This document shows positions 31,240 to 41,608 of a stretch of 64,000 nt of DNA, one piece after another. Below the pieces are notes generated by a model that had not been told where the DNA came from, made no database searches, and saw only the letters and a list, made by a program, of their open reading frames with translations. Both the position numbers and the translations under genes were made by a program. Positions within the stretch are counted from its first letter, which is position 1; each line of letters opens with the position of its first letter. The DNA is from Pelagomonas calceolata (Eukaryota). The stretch spans positions 186,001 to 250,000 of the forward strand of contig CAKKNE010000003.1 of the NCBI GenBank assembly GCA_918797485.1. The letters are read 5' to 3'.

Positions 31240-33312
31240 ATGGCCAGCGCTTTTGATCTCGGGACGCCTGAGGCATTAGCGCCCGGCGCGAAGACCGCGG
31301 GCATCACAGGCAGCACGCAGGACAAGCTCGCAGCCTTCCGGTCGCACGCCTCGGACGACGTCGTGAAGAAGATAAGAGAGGCCACGAAGCTGCTCGAGCA
31401 GCGCCAGGCGGCGCAGGCCGCCGCCCCGGAGCCGCCGGCCGAGGAGGACCACCCGAGCTACATGGAGGGCGCCGCGAAGGAAGTGAAGGCCCTGCCGGAG
31501 GCGCACGCGCCACCCGCCGAGGCCGCCGCGCCGGAGCCCGCCGCGCCCGCGCCGCCGGAGCCGCGGGCGCCGCCAGCGCCGCCCGCGCCAGAGCCCGCGC
31601 CGGCCGCCGACGCCGCCGAGGCCAAGCGCATCGCGGACGCCGAGGCGAAGGAAGGCGCAGCGGAGGAGATGATGGCGAAAGCCAAAGCCATGCTCGCCGC
31701 GGCCGAGAAGGCCGAGGCCGAGGCGAAGGCGCGCGCCGAGGCCGAGGAGACCGCGAGGCGCGAGGCCGAAGCCAAAGCGGCGCGTGACAAGGAGGCAGAA
31801 CTCGAGCGCGCTCGGGCCGAGGCCAAAGAGAAGGCCGAGGCGGACGAGCGCGCGCGCGAGGCGAAGAAGCTCGCGGAGGCCGAGGCCGCCGAGGCAGCGG
31901 CGGCGGCGCGGGAGAAGGAGGCGGAGGAGCGCAGGGCGGCCGAGGAGGAAGCCGCGAAGCGCAAAGCCGCCGCCGAGGAGGCCGAGGCCGCGAAGAAGGC
32001 CGAGGAGGAACGGGCGCGCGCCGAAAAACGCAAAGCCATCGAGGAAGCCGAGCGGAAGCGAGCCGAGGAGGAACGCGTCAGGGCCGCTGAAGAGGCGAAG
32101 GCGCGACGGGAGCAAGAGGAGGCCGAGCGGGAACGGGCCAACGAGGAGCGCCTCGCCGCCGCCGCGCGGGAGGCCGAGGAGCACGAGGAGGCCGCGCGGG
32201 AGCAAGAGGAGGCCGAGCGACGGGAGCACGAGGCGGCGGAGCAAGTCGAGCACGTCGACGAGAAGTTCCTCGAGCCGCCGCCGCCCCGGGACCCGGAGCC
32301 CGAGCCGGCGCCCGAGCCGGAGCCGGCGCCGCCGGTCCACCACGAACCCGAGCACCTGCCGCCCGTGCTGCCGCGGTCGACGACGGCGCCGGCGAAGCTG
32401 ACGGTCGCGACGCGCCTGCCGCAGCCGCCCAACGTCTTGATCATGGAGTACGCGAAGCTGGGCGTCGGCGGCCTGCTGGCGTGTATATTATTATGCGGCT
32501 GGCGCGCGTGCCGCCGCTGCCGGAGTAAACGAAGGCAGTCCGGCGAGATCACGATTACGAAGCGCGCGCCGTCGCCCGTTGTGAAGGAGGCGCGAGGATC
32601 GTCGCGCGCGAGGAAGCTGTCCAAGGCCGACGACGACGACTGGGACGACCTCGAGGGCGGCTGGGGCCCCGCGCCGGCGCCCGCGCCGCGCGCCGCGACG
32701 CCGCCGGCGCGCAAAGCTGTGAGACCTGCGCGCCAGCCCGCGCGGCAGCCGGCGCGGTCCGCGCGGCCGCAGTTGGGGGGAGGCGCGACGCCCGCGCGGT
32801 CCGCCGCGGCCGCGCCGCCCTCGCGGCCCGCGACGACGGCGACGCCGCCGCCGCGGCCCTCGGTGACGCGTGCGTTTCTTCCGCGTCCTTGTTACGCCAT
32901 CGATGCGACGTCGTTCCTGCGACGGCGTCGATGGCGTACCGTCGTGAATCCGCCAGAGAGAGACACACACATGACCTCATTGCTGCTCGGTCTCGCAGGC
33001 ACCGGCTCGCGCGGGGCCTCGGCCGCGCGGCCCGCGGCGCGGCGGCCGGCGGCGAAACCCAAGCCCGCGGCGACGCCCGCGCCGGCGCCGCGGGCGTCCT
33101 CCTTCGACGCGGGCGACGCCTGGGACGCGAACGACGACCTCGACGACATTTTGGGCGACGGCTGGGACGACGACTCGCCGACGTCAAAGAGCGTCTCGCC
33201 GCCGCCGCGGTCGCTGTCGTCTTTGAGTGGCGCCGTGTCGCCGGGCGAGGACTCCGACGACGACTTCTTCGCGAGCCTCGGGATGGAGTCGAAGCCCAAG
33301 TTTCGTAAGTAG
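31240..33312 (+). CDS. Low-complexity coiled-coil protein with one TM helix; probable intron 32870-32998
   Basis: Long E/A/K/R coiled coil and TM LGVGGLLACILLCGW. An in-frame 129-nt GTGCGT...CAG segment contains the repeat hairpin. Confidence 0.7.
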   Translation: MASAFDLGTPEALAPGAKTAGITGSTQDKLAAFRSHASDDVVKKIREATKLLEQRQAAQAAAPEPPAEEDHPSYMEGAAKEVKALPEAHAPPAEAAAPEPAAPAPPEPRAPPAPPAPEPAPAADAAEAKRIADAEAKEGAAEEMMAKAKAMLAAAEKAEAEAKARAEAEETARREAEAKAARDKEAELERARAEAKEKAEADERAREAKKLAEAEAAEAAAAAREKEAEERRAAEEEAAKRKAAAEEAEAAKKAEEERARAEKRKAIEEAERKRAEEERVRAAEEAKARREQEEAERERANEERLAAAAREAEEHEEAAREQEEAERREHEAAEQVEHVDEKFLEPPPPRDPEPEPAPEPEPAPPVHHEPEHLPPVLPRSTTAPAKLTVATRLPQPPNVLIMEYAKLGVGGLLACILLCGWRACRRCRSKRRQSGEITITKRAPSPVVKEARGSSRARKLSKADDDDWDDLEGGWGPAPAPAPRAATPPARKAVRPARQPARQPARSARPQLGGGATPARSAAAAPPSRPATTATPPPRPSVTRAFLPRPCYAIDATSFLRRRRWRTVVNPPERDTHMTSLLLGLAGTGSRGASAARPAARRPAAKPKPAATPAPAPRASSFDAGDAWDANDDLDDILGDGWDDDSPTSKSVSPPPRSLSSLSGAVSPGEDSDDDFFASLGMESKPKFRK

Positions 33313-33323
33313 GTTTAGTTGAT

Positions 33324-34010
33324 TTATTTCTCCCGCTCGAGGACGAGTAGCACCGTCCCCTCGTTCGACGTGATCTGCTCCATCACGGTCTCGAAGGGCT
33401 GCATGTCGCACGGAGCTAATGTCCGCCGCCACTTCGTGTTCGCGCCGTCGAGCGGGAACATGGCGTTGCCGTAGACGATCGTCGACGAAATCGCGGAGCA
33501 CGCGCGCAGGACGTCGCCCGGCCTTATATCCCTTTGTTCCCCCGAGCCTCCCGGCCTCACCTCCGCTACGACAATACTGCCGCCACCCCCTTCCTCGAGG
33601 ATGACGCCGAGCGGCAAAGTCAGTTCTCTTTGGAAGACGACCGACTTCCCGGCACCGTACCATGGCGACCACTCAGCTGGGGTCCTCCGCTTGGATCCGT
33701 CTTCCTGCACGAGTTCGATAGCCCCCGCGAACGCGGAGCCCGTCCACTCGAGGGCTTCCGAGGGAGAGACTCCCGCGACCGTTTTCGGTTTTGATTGCGC
33801 CGGCGGCTCCGGCGCGGGCGGCGGTGCGAGCTCCGCCTCCATGGCCGCCTCCATCGCGTTCGCCTCGCGGCGTAGTGCTGCCGCCTCCGCCAGGAGATCC
33901 TCTGATGTCGCTGCGGCTGCGCTTGATGCCCCCCGCAAACGCGGTCGTCGCAGGCTGGGGCGCAGCGAGGCTGCGTTCATGAAGAGCATCGCAATGCATG
34001 GCGACCGCAT
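33324..34010 (-). CDS. PDZ-like domain protein, probably plastid-targeted
   Basis: LPLGVILEE..IVVAEVRPGGSG..IRPGDVLRA..VLLVLER; signal-like N-terminus. Confidence 0.65.
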   Translation of the reverse strand: MRSPCIAMLFMNAASLRPSLRRPRLRGASSAAAATSEDLLAEAAALRREANAMEAAMEAELAPPPAPEPPAQSKPKTVAGVSPSEALEWTGSAFAGAIELVQEDGSKRRTPAEWSPWYGAGKSVVFQRELTLPLGVILEEGGGGSIVVAEVRPGGSGEQRDIRPGDVLRACSAISSTIVYGNAMFPLDGANTKWRRTLAPCDMQPFETVMEQITSNEGTVLLVLEREK

Positions 34011-34687
34011 GGTCTTCCAGGATTTATTGGGCTGCCCCAGTTTGGAAGAGGGAGATGATCGATGACAAGGCTAGAGCCGCGACGCGCGCCCCGCGAATGA
34101 ATCACCGTCATTGACGGCTCCGGCGTATCGGGAAGTGATGGCTCGCTTTGGGGCAGGCTCCGAGCTTGTTGCTTGCTCGCGACCGCGGCCGACGCGGCTC
34201 CCATCAGGAACCTTGGTACTCCTACTCGACGCGGTCTTTTCGAAAGGGCGCGTTTTTTGTGTGTTCTTGGGATCAAAGGCGGGCGTGTGGCGCCCGTGCC
34301 GCCGGGGAATATTCCAACGGGCCTAAAATTTGACCAAGGGCGCGAAGAGCTCGGCACGACGTTGGGCTGCTGCAGCCTCACATACATAACCACAGTACGT
34401 CTTCGTGTCCTCAAAGCTGCCTTTGACTGCCAGCTACCCGCTCGACACGAAAACGCGGCTCACGCGGGCGACGCGATCGGCTAAACAGCCATTTGTCTGC
34501 TGGCCGCTTCTTCTCTGATTTCGCGCACGACCGCGCTGCGGTAATACGTGAAAAGCAGCCAAGGATGCGCCGCGACCGTGCTGAGTAGCCTGGCAGCGGA
34601 AACCGGCCCGTCCGGCGCTCAGCCGATGAAAGCTGGTCGCGCCGAATTATCTCGACGACAGACTCGCCACGCAGGTCAACGAAAAGA

Positions 34688-35584
34688 ATGAAGCTCCACC
34701 TCAGCCTCCTCGCCCTGCCCGCCGCGACGCGGGCCCTCATCCCGACGGGCTCCAAGCCCGTGCCGCCGCCGATGCGCGTCGCGACGGCGGAGCTCTTCGA
34801 GTCCCAGGAGCCGCTCCTCGACACGCTGTCGAAGAAGCGCCGCCGCCGCCGCCGCGCGCCCGCCGCCGTCGACCTCGCGGGCGGCCTCGACGCGCTGCCC
34901 GCACGAAGCAGCGGCGAAGCATCATCGCGCCGCGGGCGCGCGCAGATGCAGCGCCGCGACGACGCGCCGCTCACGACGATGGGCCGCCGCGCGCGGCGCC
35001 TGCGTTTTGCTGGAGCCGCCCCGCTCCACGGCTGGGTGCCCGACGTGGCCCAGTTCTGCTACGGCTTACCTGGGGCCTTGGCGCCGATGGGCGACTTCGA
35101 TCCTCTGAAGTTATCGAAGCAGACGATAAGCACGGTGCGGCGCTACCGCGAGGCCGAGGTCATGCACGGCCGCGTGGCCATGGTGGCCTTCGTCGGCTTT
35201 TTAGTTGGGGAGCACGGCGCGCACCAGGTCCTGGACGTGGAACCCTCCCTGACGCACGACGCTCTGCTCCTGAAGACGCCCGGCCTCCTGCTCGGTGCGC
35301 TCGCAACAGTAGTAGGCGTCTGCGAGGCCTACCGCGCGGCGCGCGGCTGGGTGACGCCCGAGTCGCCGGAGCAGGTCTGGGAGATGCGCGACTCGTACTA
35401 CCCCGGCGACATCGGCTTCGATCCTCTCCGATTGGCGCCGGCCGACGCGTCGGGCTTCGCGACGATGGCGACGAGGGAATTGCAGCACGGGCGGCTCGCG
35501 ATGATCGCGTTCATGGGCCTCGTCGCGCAGGAGTACCAGACGCACGAGACCGTCTCGGACTCGCTCGCGAAGCTGCTCGCGTGA
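34688..35584 (+). CDS. Light-harvesting protein, LHCX/LI818-like
   Basis: YREAEVMHGRVAM, EAYRAARGWVTP, YYPGDIGFDPL and ELQHGRLAM motifs; long N-terminal extension. Confidence 0.88.
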   Translation: MKLHLSLLALPAATRALIPTGSKPVPPPMRVATAELFESQEPLLDTLSKKRRRRRRAPAAVDLAGGLDALPARSSGEASSRRGRAQMQRRDDAPLTTMGRRARRLRFAGAAPLHGWVPDVAQFCYGLPGALAPMGDFDPLKLSKQTISTVRRYREAEVMHGRVAMVAFVGFLVGEHGAHQVLDVEPSLTHDALLLKTPGLLLGALATVVGVCEAYRAARGWVTPESPEQVWEMRDSYYPGDIGFDPLRLAPADASGFATMATRELQHGRLAMIAFMGLVAQEYQTHETVSDSLAKLLA

Positions 35585-36057
35585 GGGTCGTTTTCCTCCC
35601 GGTGCGTAAGAGTGCTTCCATAGTCTTTGTCGCGGCGGTGGGCGTCTCCAGGCTCGCGTCGGCTCGCGTCCATCGAACCCCGGATTCATCATCCTACGGG
35701 CACGTGGCCTGTTTTTTTCGACATGTACCGAGGCCTGCGGGTACGGGGACGCATCTGTGCTCAGGCTTGCTAGTGTGTTACGGCCGCTAGCTGCTTGTGA
35801 AGGACCGCCGCGACTGTTTGCGAGCCTCCGCGGCTGGCGTGACAAACCGCACGCAGCATCGGTCATCAGTTGCATCTGTGAAGCGCTCCCAGAAAGCTGT
35901 CGCCGCGTGGGGCGTCCACAGAGGTGCAGCAGCACACACTGCAAAGAGAGCATTTGCATCGCTGAGTGCCGTACGCGTTGAGCGCGGCCCTAAGACGTCG
36001 TCGGCGCGCGTAGAACAGGGCTGCAAAGCAGCACACTAGCCTACAAAGAAAGCAACG

Positions 36058-37616
36058 ATGATGCGCCGCCAGCGAAGGAGAGAACAGCACGTGCGCCAGA
36101 CCTACAACGACACCGCGGCGCGCTACGAGCAGACGGATGAAGGTTTGTTGGAGCCCGAGACGCCGACGGAGCGCACGCACAAGACGCAGCAGAAGGCTAT
36201 TGTCGAAGCGACGTCCGCGAACGCCGCGGCCAACGCCTGGCGCAAGGCCTTGCCGAAGGGGCCCTACGGTATTAACGTCGCGAGGACGGGGCGCCATGCC
36301 GTTTGTTATGGAGCGGGCGGCCGCGTGGAGGTCCTAGATTTACACAGAAACGTGCGCACGGCCGAGGTGCGCTGCGGCGAAGTTTGTCGAGCGGCGACGT
36401 TTTTGCATGATGAGACCATGGTCGCAGTAGCACAGAGGAAGTACGTCTACGTCTACGACCAGGACGGCGCCGAGGTCCATAGGATGGCGAAGCATCTCGA
36501 GCCGGAGCACTTGTCCTACCTCCCGTTCCACTTCTTATTGGCATCAGCGGGCCACGCGGGCTGGCTGAAATATAACGACGTCTCGACGGGCCAGTTCGTC
36601 GCCGAGCACAACACGAAAGCGGGCGCGCCGCGATCATTAGCGCAGAACCCCCAGACCGCCGTGTTATGTCTGGGCCACGGCAACGGCGTCTGCTCGCTCT
36701 GGTCGCCGGCGCAGTCCAAGCCGCTCGCGCGGTTGTTATGTCATCGCGGGGCGGTTTTGATCCAGTGTCCGTCCGTCCGAACGCCATCGACGCGGCGCCG
36801 CCTCGGCCGCGTCTGACGCCATCGATGCGACACTTCCACGCATAGGTCGACGCCGTCGCGTGCGCGTTCGACGGGACCTATCTAGCGACGGGCGGCATGG
36901 ATGGCTTTGTTAAAGTGTGGGACTGTCGAACATGGAGGGCCGTCAAGGAGCTGCGGTTGAGTGGACGCGCCCCGGTCTCCCTGGCGTTTTCGCAGACGGG
37001 CCGCATCGCCGTCACTTGTGCGAAATCGGTAGAAATCTACGAGTCCGCAAAGAAGCTCAAGGCCTTTCAACCTTATCTCTCACATAAACTAGATGGTTCC
37101 CACGCCACGAACTCAGTGTTTAGGCCGTTTGAGGACGTTCTGTTGGTTGGCCACGCCTTGGGCGTGGATTCCATCTTGGTGCCCGGTGCGGGCGAGGCGT
37201 CCTACGACGCTATAGATGGGGATGATCCATATAGATCAAAGAAAGGGCGGAAGACGGCCGTGGTAAGGGGTTTGCTCGACAAACTACCCATAGAGACTAT
37301 AACATTACAAGGAGCGGGCTTCGTCGGTACGGTGGAGCGCGACGCCGCCGCCGCCGACAAGGAGCGACGCGCCTTGGAGGAGGACGCGAATGCCGCCTTA
37401 TCAAAACGTATCAAGGAAAAGAAAAAGACGCGCGGCCGGTCGAAGCTCAAGGCCAAGCTCAAGAAGCGCATGAAGAACGTCGTCTCGAAGGAGACGCAAT
37501 TACTAAAGGAGAAGCTCGCCGCTCGTAAAAAGAAGCAGGCTGATTCTGTTGCGGTTCAGGAGGCGGCGCCGACGACGGCGCTCGATCGGTTGTTCGCGCG
37601 GAGTAGTCGACGGTAA
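36058..37616 (+). CDS. WDR46: WDR46/UTP7 (SSU processome WD40 protein); intron 36754-36845
   Basis: FLHDETMVAVAQRKYVYVYD, YLPFHFLL and ILVPGAGE (BING4CT-like) motifs. The intron joins LCHRGA|VDAVACAFDG. Confidence 0.9.
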
Positions 37617-37832
37617 GTGGTTTGTGCGTTAGTCCTCGGCCTTTTCATAGCGGGTCGCGGCGATGGCGTTGTGGGGGGTGTGGCCTTGGCTCACCTCTGT
37701 TACGGCGCTACTCCAGTAGGACTACTGGGCGGAGAACCGGGGGGCGACAGTGCGCGTCGCCGATTCATTGGCGGCGGGCGCGGGCTGCGTCGTTCATAAT
37801 AGCACACTTCTGTCCAAGGAGCACTGGGCCAG

Positions 37833-38375
37833 CACGGCTACTCGTTCACGACGACGGCCGAGCGCGAGATCGTCCGCGACATCAAGGAGAAGCTCACGTA
37901 CATCGCCCTCGACTTCGACCAGGAGATGAAGACGGCCGCCGAGTCCAGCGCCCTCGAGAAGTCCTACGAGCTCCCCGACGGCAACGTGATTGTGATCGGC
38001 AACGAGCGCTTCCGCTGCCCGGAAGTGCTCTTCCAGCCGTCCTTCATCGGCAAGGAGGCCTCCGGCGTCCACGACTGCACGTTCCAGACGATCATGAAGT
38101 GCGACGTCGACATCCGCAAGGACCTCTACGCGAACATCGTGCTCTCGGGCGGCACGACCATGTTCCCCGGCATCGGCGAGCGCATGACCAAGGAGCTCAC
38201 GGCGCTCGCGCCCTCGACGATGAAGATTAAAGTGGTGGCGCCTCCCGAGCGCAAGTACTCCGTCTGGATCGGCGGCTCCATCCTCTCGTCGCTCTCCACG
38301 TTCCAGTCGATGTGGATCTCCAAGGCCGAGTACGACGAGTCCGGCCCGGCCATCGTGCACCGCAAGTGCTTCTAA
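37833..38375 (+). pseudogene. 5'-truncated actin (C-terminal half only)
   Basis: [20 protein letters not shown]...[16 protein letters not shown]...IVHRKCF-stop. There is an in-frame stop at 37800 and no N-terminal actin sequence upstream in the window. Confidence 0.75.
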
Positions 38376-38873
38376 GCACGCCGCGTCGTGGAGATAGGTT
38401 TGCATTAGGGTGAGCCCTCGCGGGCATCCCCGGCGGCCACACCCGCGACACCAACAAGCCTCTCGACGACGCGACCGCACGCAATAACGCGGGCGCTCTC
38501 GGGTTGTAAAAAAACATCTACTACTGATTCTTTTCTCATGTCGCGTCGATGGCGTAATCGCGTCGATGGCGTAAGTGCGGCCTCAGACACTAGCAGCCAG
38601 CAGCTCGGGCTGTGGCGCAGTTGAGCGCTTTTTAGGCCGCTCTGTCGCGCATCCAAGTGCGTCGAACCCTGGAGCAAAGCCCAAAGTGGTCACCCACTGC
38701 GCGGCCCGCAAAATAGAATACCTCGCACGGTGGTAGCACTGTTTGGAGTTTTTTGTCGTTGGTGCTGTCGGACAAATTTACCACCCGCGCGCGGCCTACC
38801 AGAGCCTAGCAAGCACCGTCAGAGTCGCACGCAGCTATAAACAGCGCACGGCGCACGTCGTCAACGCGGAACG

Positions 38874-40760
38874 ATGGCCACGGCCGCCAGCGCCGACCCC
38901 GCGCCACCAAGCAGAAGCTACTACGAGGCCTACACGAAAAAGCAGAAGGCCGGCAACCGCTTCCAGGACGCCGTCTTCGTGGAAAGAGGCGCCCTGCGCG
39001 TCGCGCGCGACCAGAACAAGCCGCCGCTGCCGCACCTCCCGACCGAACGAAAAGCCATTGATAGAGACGAGTACGCGCGCTTCCTCGAGGCGCAGCTCGC
39101 GGCCGCCGGCGCCTTACTGGCGCGCTTCGAGCAGCGCGAGGAGCAAGTTCAGCAGTCTATAGACAATGCCGCGAGGACATGCGCCGAGGCGGCGGCCGGC
39201 GCGCGCGCCGAGGAGGCCGCGCGCATGGAGCGGCGCATCGTTGATTTGGAGGCGCGCCTGGCGGCCTCGGAGACGAATTTGCGCAAGGCCGAGGAGCGGA
39301 GCGCGAGTGCCGAAAGTAGAGTGGACGACGCGTGCGCTCTAGTCAGGGAGCTCTCGTCGGGGCCGCGCCTGCGCGCCGCCGAGGACCGCGCGTCGGCGGC
39401 CTGCGCTAGAGTTGCGGATGTAGAAAAAGCTTTACACGCGGCATTACGATCACTCGGCGAGAAGGGCTTGACGAACCTCCTGGAAGAAGAGGACGAGGAG
39501 GAAACGACGCCGCTGTCCGAGCGGCTAGCCGCGGCGGAGGTCGCCGTCGAGGCGGCCCAGGCCACGGCCCTCGGCGCGACGGCATTAGCTGAACGGTTGG
39601 CAAAGCGTCTAGAGGACGCCGAGCGGACCGCCAGAGAATTGGCGGAAAATGCGACGTCGCACGAGGACGCCACGGCGGATGCTGTTATCGAGGCCGTGGC
39701 CAACCTCGAAACCAAAACGAATGCGAGGTTGGAGGCGCTCGAGGCGTTCCAGAGGAGACCGCCGCCGTCGCCCGTCGCGCGGCCCGACTCTCCTGTCCTA
39801 CAGTCGACGCCCGCCGCCGCCCGGGCCGGCGAGCTCCTGAAGGAGCAGCTCGGGCTGTCTGAGGAAAACGCGGTCGACGAGGCCCCCTCGATTCATTCAT
39901 CAAATGCCTCAGACGGGACGACGAATGAAGATGACGACGACGCGATGGCGCGGGCGGGCCGCGACCTCGATGATGCGAGAGCTGTCGCCGAGGCCGTGGC
40001 GGACGAGGCCGTGTTGCGGGCCGAGTTCGCGGAGCAGGAAGCGGCGTTGCTGCGGGAGCGCGCGGGCGTTTTGGTGCAGAAATTGAGGGATGAACCGCCT
40101 CCAACGTATGACGAGCACACGACGCACCACGGCGGCGAGTTCGTGCTGGCGCCGCCGCAGTCGCCAGCGCGTCTGGACCACGCGTCGCCCGTCCGGAGGT
40201 CGGCGCCCTCCTCACCCTCGTCGTCGCGGCGGTCTGTTGATGAGCCTCCCAAGCCGAAGACGAAGAAGTCGCCCGCGCGGAAGAAGGTCGTCGTCAAGGC
40301 CGCGACGCCGCCGCGGAGCAAGGCGCGATCGTACGCGGAGTCGCCGCCGCCGCAGCTCGACGGCGACGACCCGCCACCTCTACCGCCGCACCTGCGCCAG
40401 TACGAAGCGTCGGACATCCTCCGAGCCGCGGGCGCCGACGTGCCCGAGGCACCTGCGCGCAAGACGGTCAAGAAGAAAAAGAAGGTTGTTAAAAAGAAGG
40501 TAGCGAGGCGGCCGCCCCAGATCGAGACGGGCGCCGAGACGGCGGCCGAGCGCGCGCGCCGGCGCGTCCTGGCTTCTAGAAGGACGGGCGTGACGCACCG
40601 CGGGCCCATCGGCGCGACGTGGCCGGACTCGGTCACGCACCCCCGCGTCGTCGCGCGCGTGCCGTCGGGCGCGGCCTGGGTCCCGGCCATGAAGGTCGGG
40701 ACTCCTAGATTACGGAGCGCGTCGCCGGCGCCGACGTCGGCGCCGAGTTCCGGCGTTTGA
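38874..40760 (+). CDS. Hypothetical coiled-coil protein
   Basis: 628-aa ORF; helical N-half, Pro/Ser/Lys-rich C-half. Confidence 0.6.
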   Translation: MATAASADPAPPSRSYYEAYTKKQKAGNRFQDAVFVERGALRVARDQNKPPLPHLPTERKAIDRDEYARFLEAQLAAAGALLARFEQREEQVQQSIDNAARTCAEAAAGARAEEAARMERRIVDLEARLAASETNLRKAEERSASAESRVDDACALVRELSSGPRLRAAEDRASAACARVADVEKALHAALRSLGEKGLTNLLEEEDEEETTPLSERLAAAEVAVEAAQATALGATALAERLAKRLEDAERTARELAENATSHEDATADAVIEAVANLETKTNARLEALEAFQRRPPPSPVARPDSPVLQSTPAAARAGELLKEQLGLSEENAVDEAPSIHSSNASDGTTNEDDDDAMARAGRDLDDARAVAEAVADEAVLRAEFAEQEAALLRERAGVLVQKLRDEPPPTYDEHTTHHGGEFVLAPPQSPARLDHASPVRRSAPSSPSSSRRSVDEPPKPKTKKSPARKKVVVKAATPPRSKARSYAESPPPQLDGDDPPPLPPHLRQYEASDILRAAGADVPEAPARKTVKKKKKVVKKKVARRPPQIETGAETAAERARRRVLASRRTGVTHRGPIGATWPDSVTHPRVVARVPSGAAWVPAMKVGTPRLRSASPAPTSAPSSGV

Positions 40761-40794
40761 TAAATTTACAACAGTATATATGACGGGGGGACTA

Positions 40795-40851
40795 GGCCTC
40801 GGGGGTCTCGGACCCTCTGCTAGCTTGGGCAGTGGGTCGTCACGGGCGGCC
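40795..40851 (-). promoter_or_regulatory. Candidate SECIS element in the GST 3' UTR
   Basis: Minus strand reads GUGAC-GACCCACUGC-CCAAGCUA-GCAGAGGGUC-CGAG: a GA-quartet core, 9 of 10 bp upper helix and an AA-containing apical loop. Confidence 0.75.
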
Positions 40852-40864
40852 ATCTATCCCTCTA

Positions 40865-41608
40865 TCACTTCGACGCGAACATTTTCATCATGCGCGTCAT
40901 CCCGGCCACGATGTCTTCGTCCGACGGGCGTGTGGAGGCGACGGACGGCCGCTCGAGAATGGCGGTGATTAGTTTATTCACCCTTGGGTGCCTTTTGCAG
41001 ATCTCCTTGACGTCGACGTCGCAGAAGTGCTTCAGGTTCGGTATACTACGCGCCACGAACGGAGCCATCATAGCTTCGCTGAAGCACATCTCCGTACCGC
41101 AGAGGAAGGGGCCCTCCGAGTCTTGGTGGATCTCGAGAAACGTCTCGAAGTTCTCCACGTCCTCCTCGAACTCGGCGACCTTCTTGGCGAGGGCGTCCTT
41201 GTCGTCCCGGACCTTGATGAATGCGAAGTAGTTCTGGAAGGGCTGGATCTCCGCCATCAATCTAGCGCTCGCCCTCTTTGCTGCGTCCGCAGGATAGAAA
41301 GGCGCACCGGCGCGTTCGGCCAAGTATTCGACCGTCACGCTACTTTCGACGAGCGTGTCGCCGTCGATCTCGAGCACCGGCACTTTGGCGCGACCGCCCG
41401 GATTTGCTTTTTTGTATACATTGATGAACTCCTCGCTCTTGTTCTGCAGGTCGCACTCCACTGTGTCGTGTTCGACACCGGTCTCCGCGAGAGAGATGCG
41501 GGTGCGTTGCGCGTAGGGTCAGGCGGCAGCACTCCATAGAGTGCAGCTCTTGGCCGACAGAGCTCGCGTGCTATGAAGCGCCACAGCTATCACGAGTGCA
41601 CGCTGCAT
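40865..41608 (-). CDS. Glutathione S-transferase (omega/lambda/DHAR-like) with selenocysteine at codon 30
   Basis: ATG 41608 reads MQRALVIAVALHSTRALSAKSCTLWSAAA-TGA(41519-41521)-PYAQRTRISL..., then KVPVLE..LVESSVTVEYL and GPFLCG. 247 aa with readthrough. Confidence 0.88.

Noticed and set aside
31276..32714. Long antisense and alternative-frame ORFs (for example 31276-32355, 22046-22930, 51971-53533, 46732-48336)
   Set aside because: These are shadow ORFs expected at high GC opposite real genes; the translations are low-complexity with no motifs.
37611..37833. GTAAGT donor overlapping the WDR46 stop could splice to the actin fragment, giving a fusion
   Set aside because: The donor is phase 2, while the AG sites before the actin frame (37802, 37818, 37821, 37832) are phase 0 or 1, so no in-frame fusion results.
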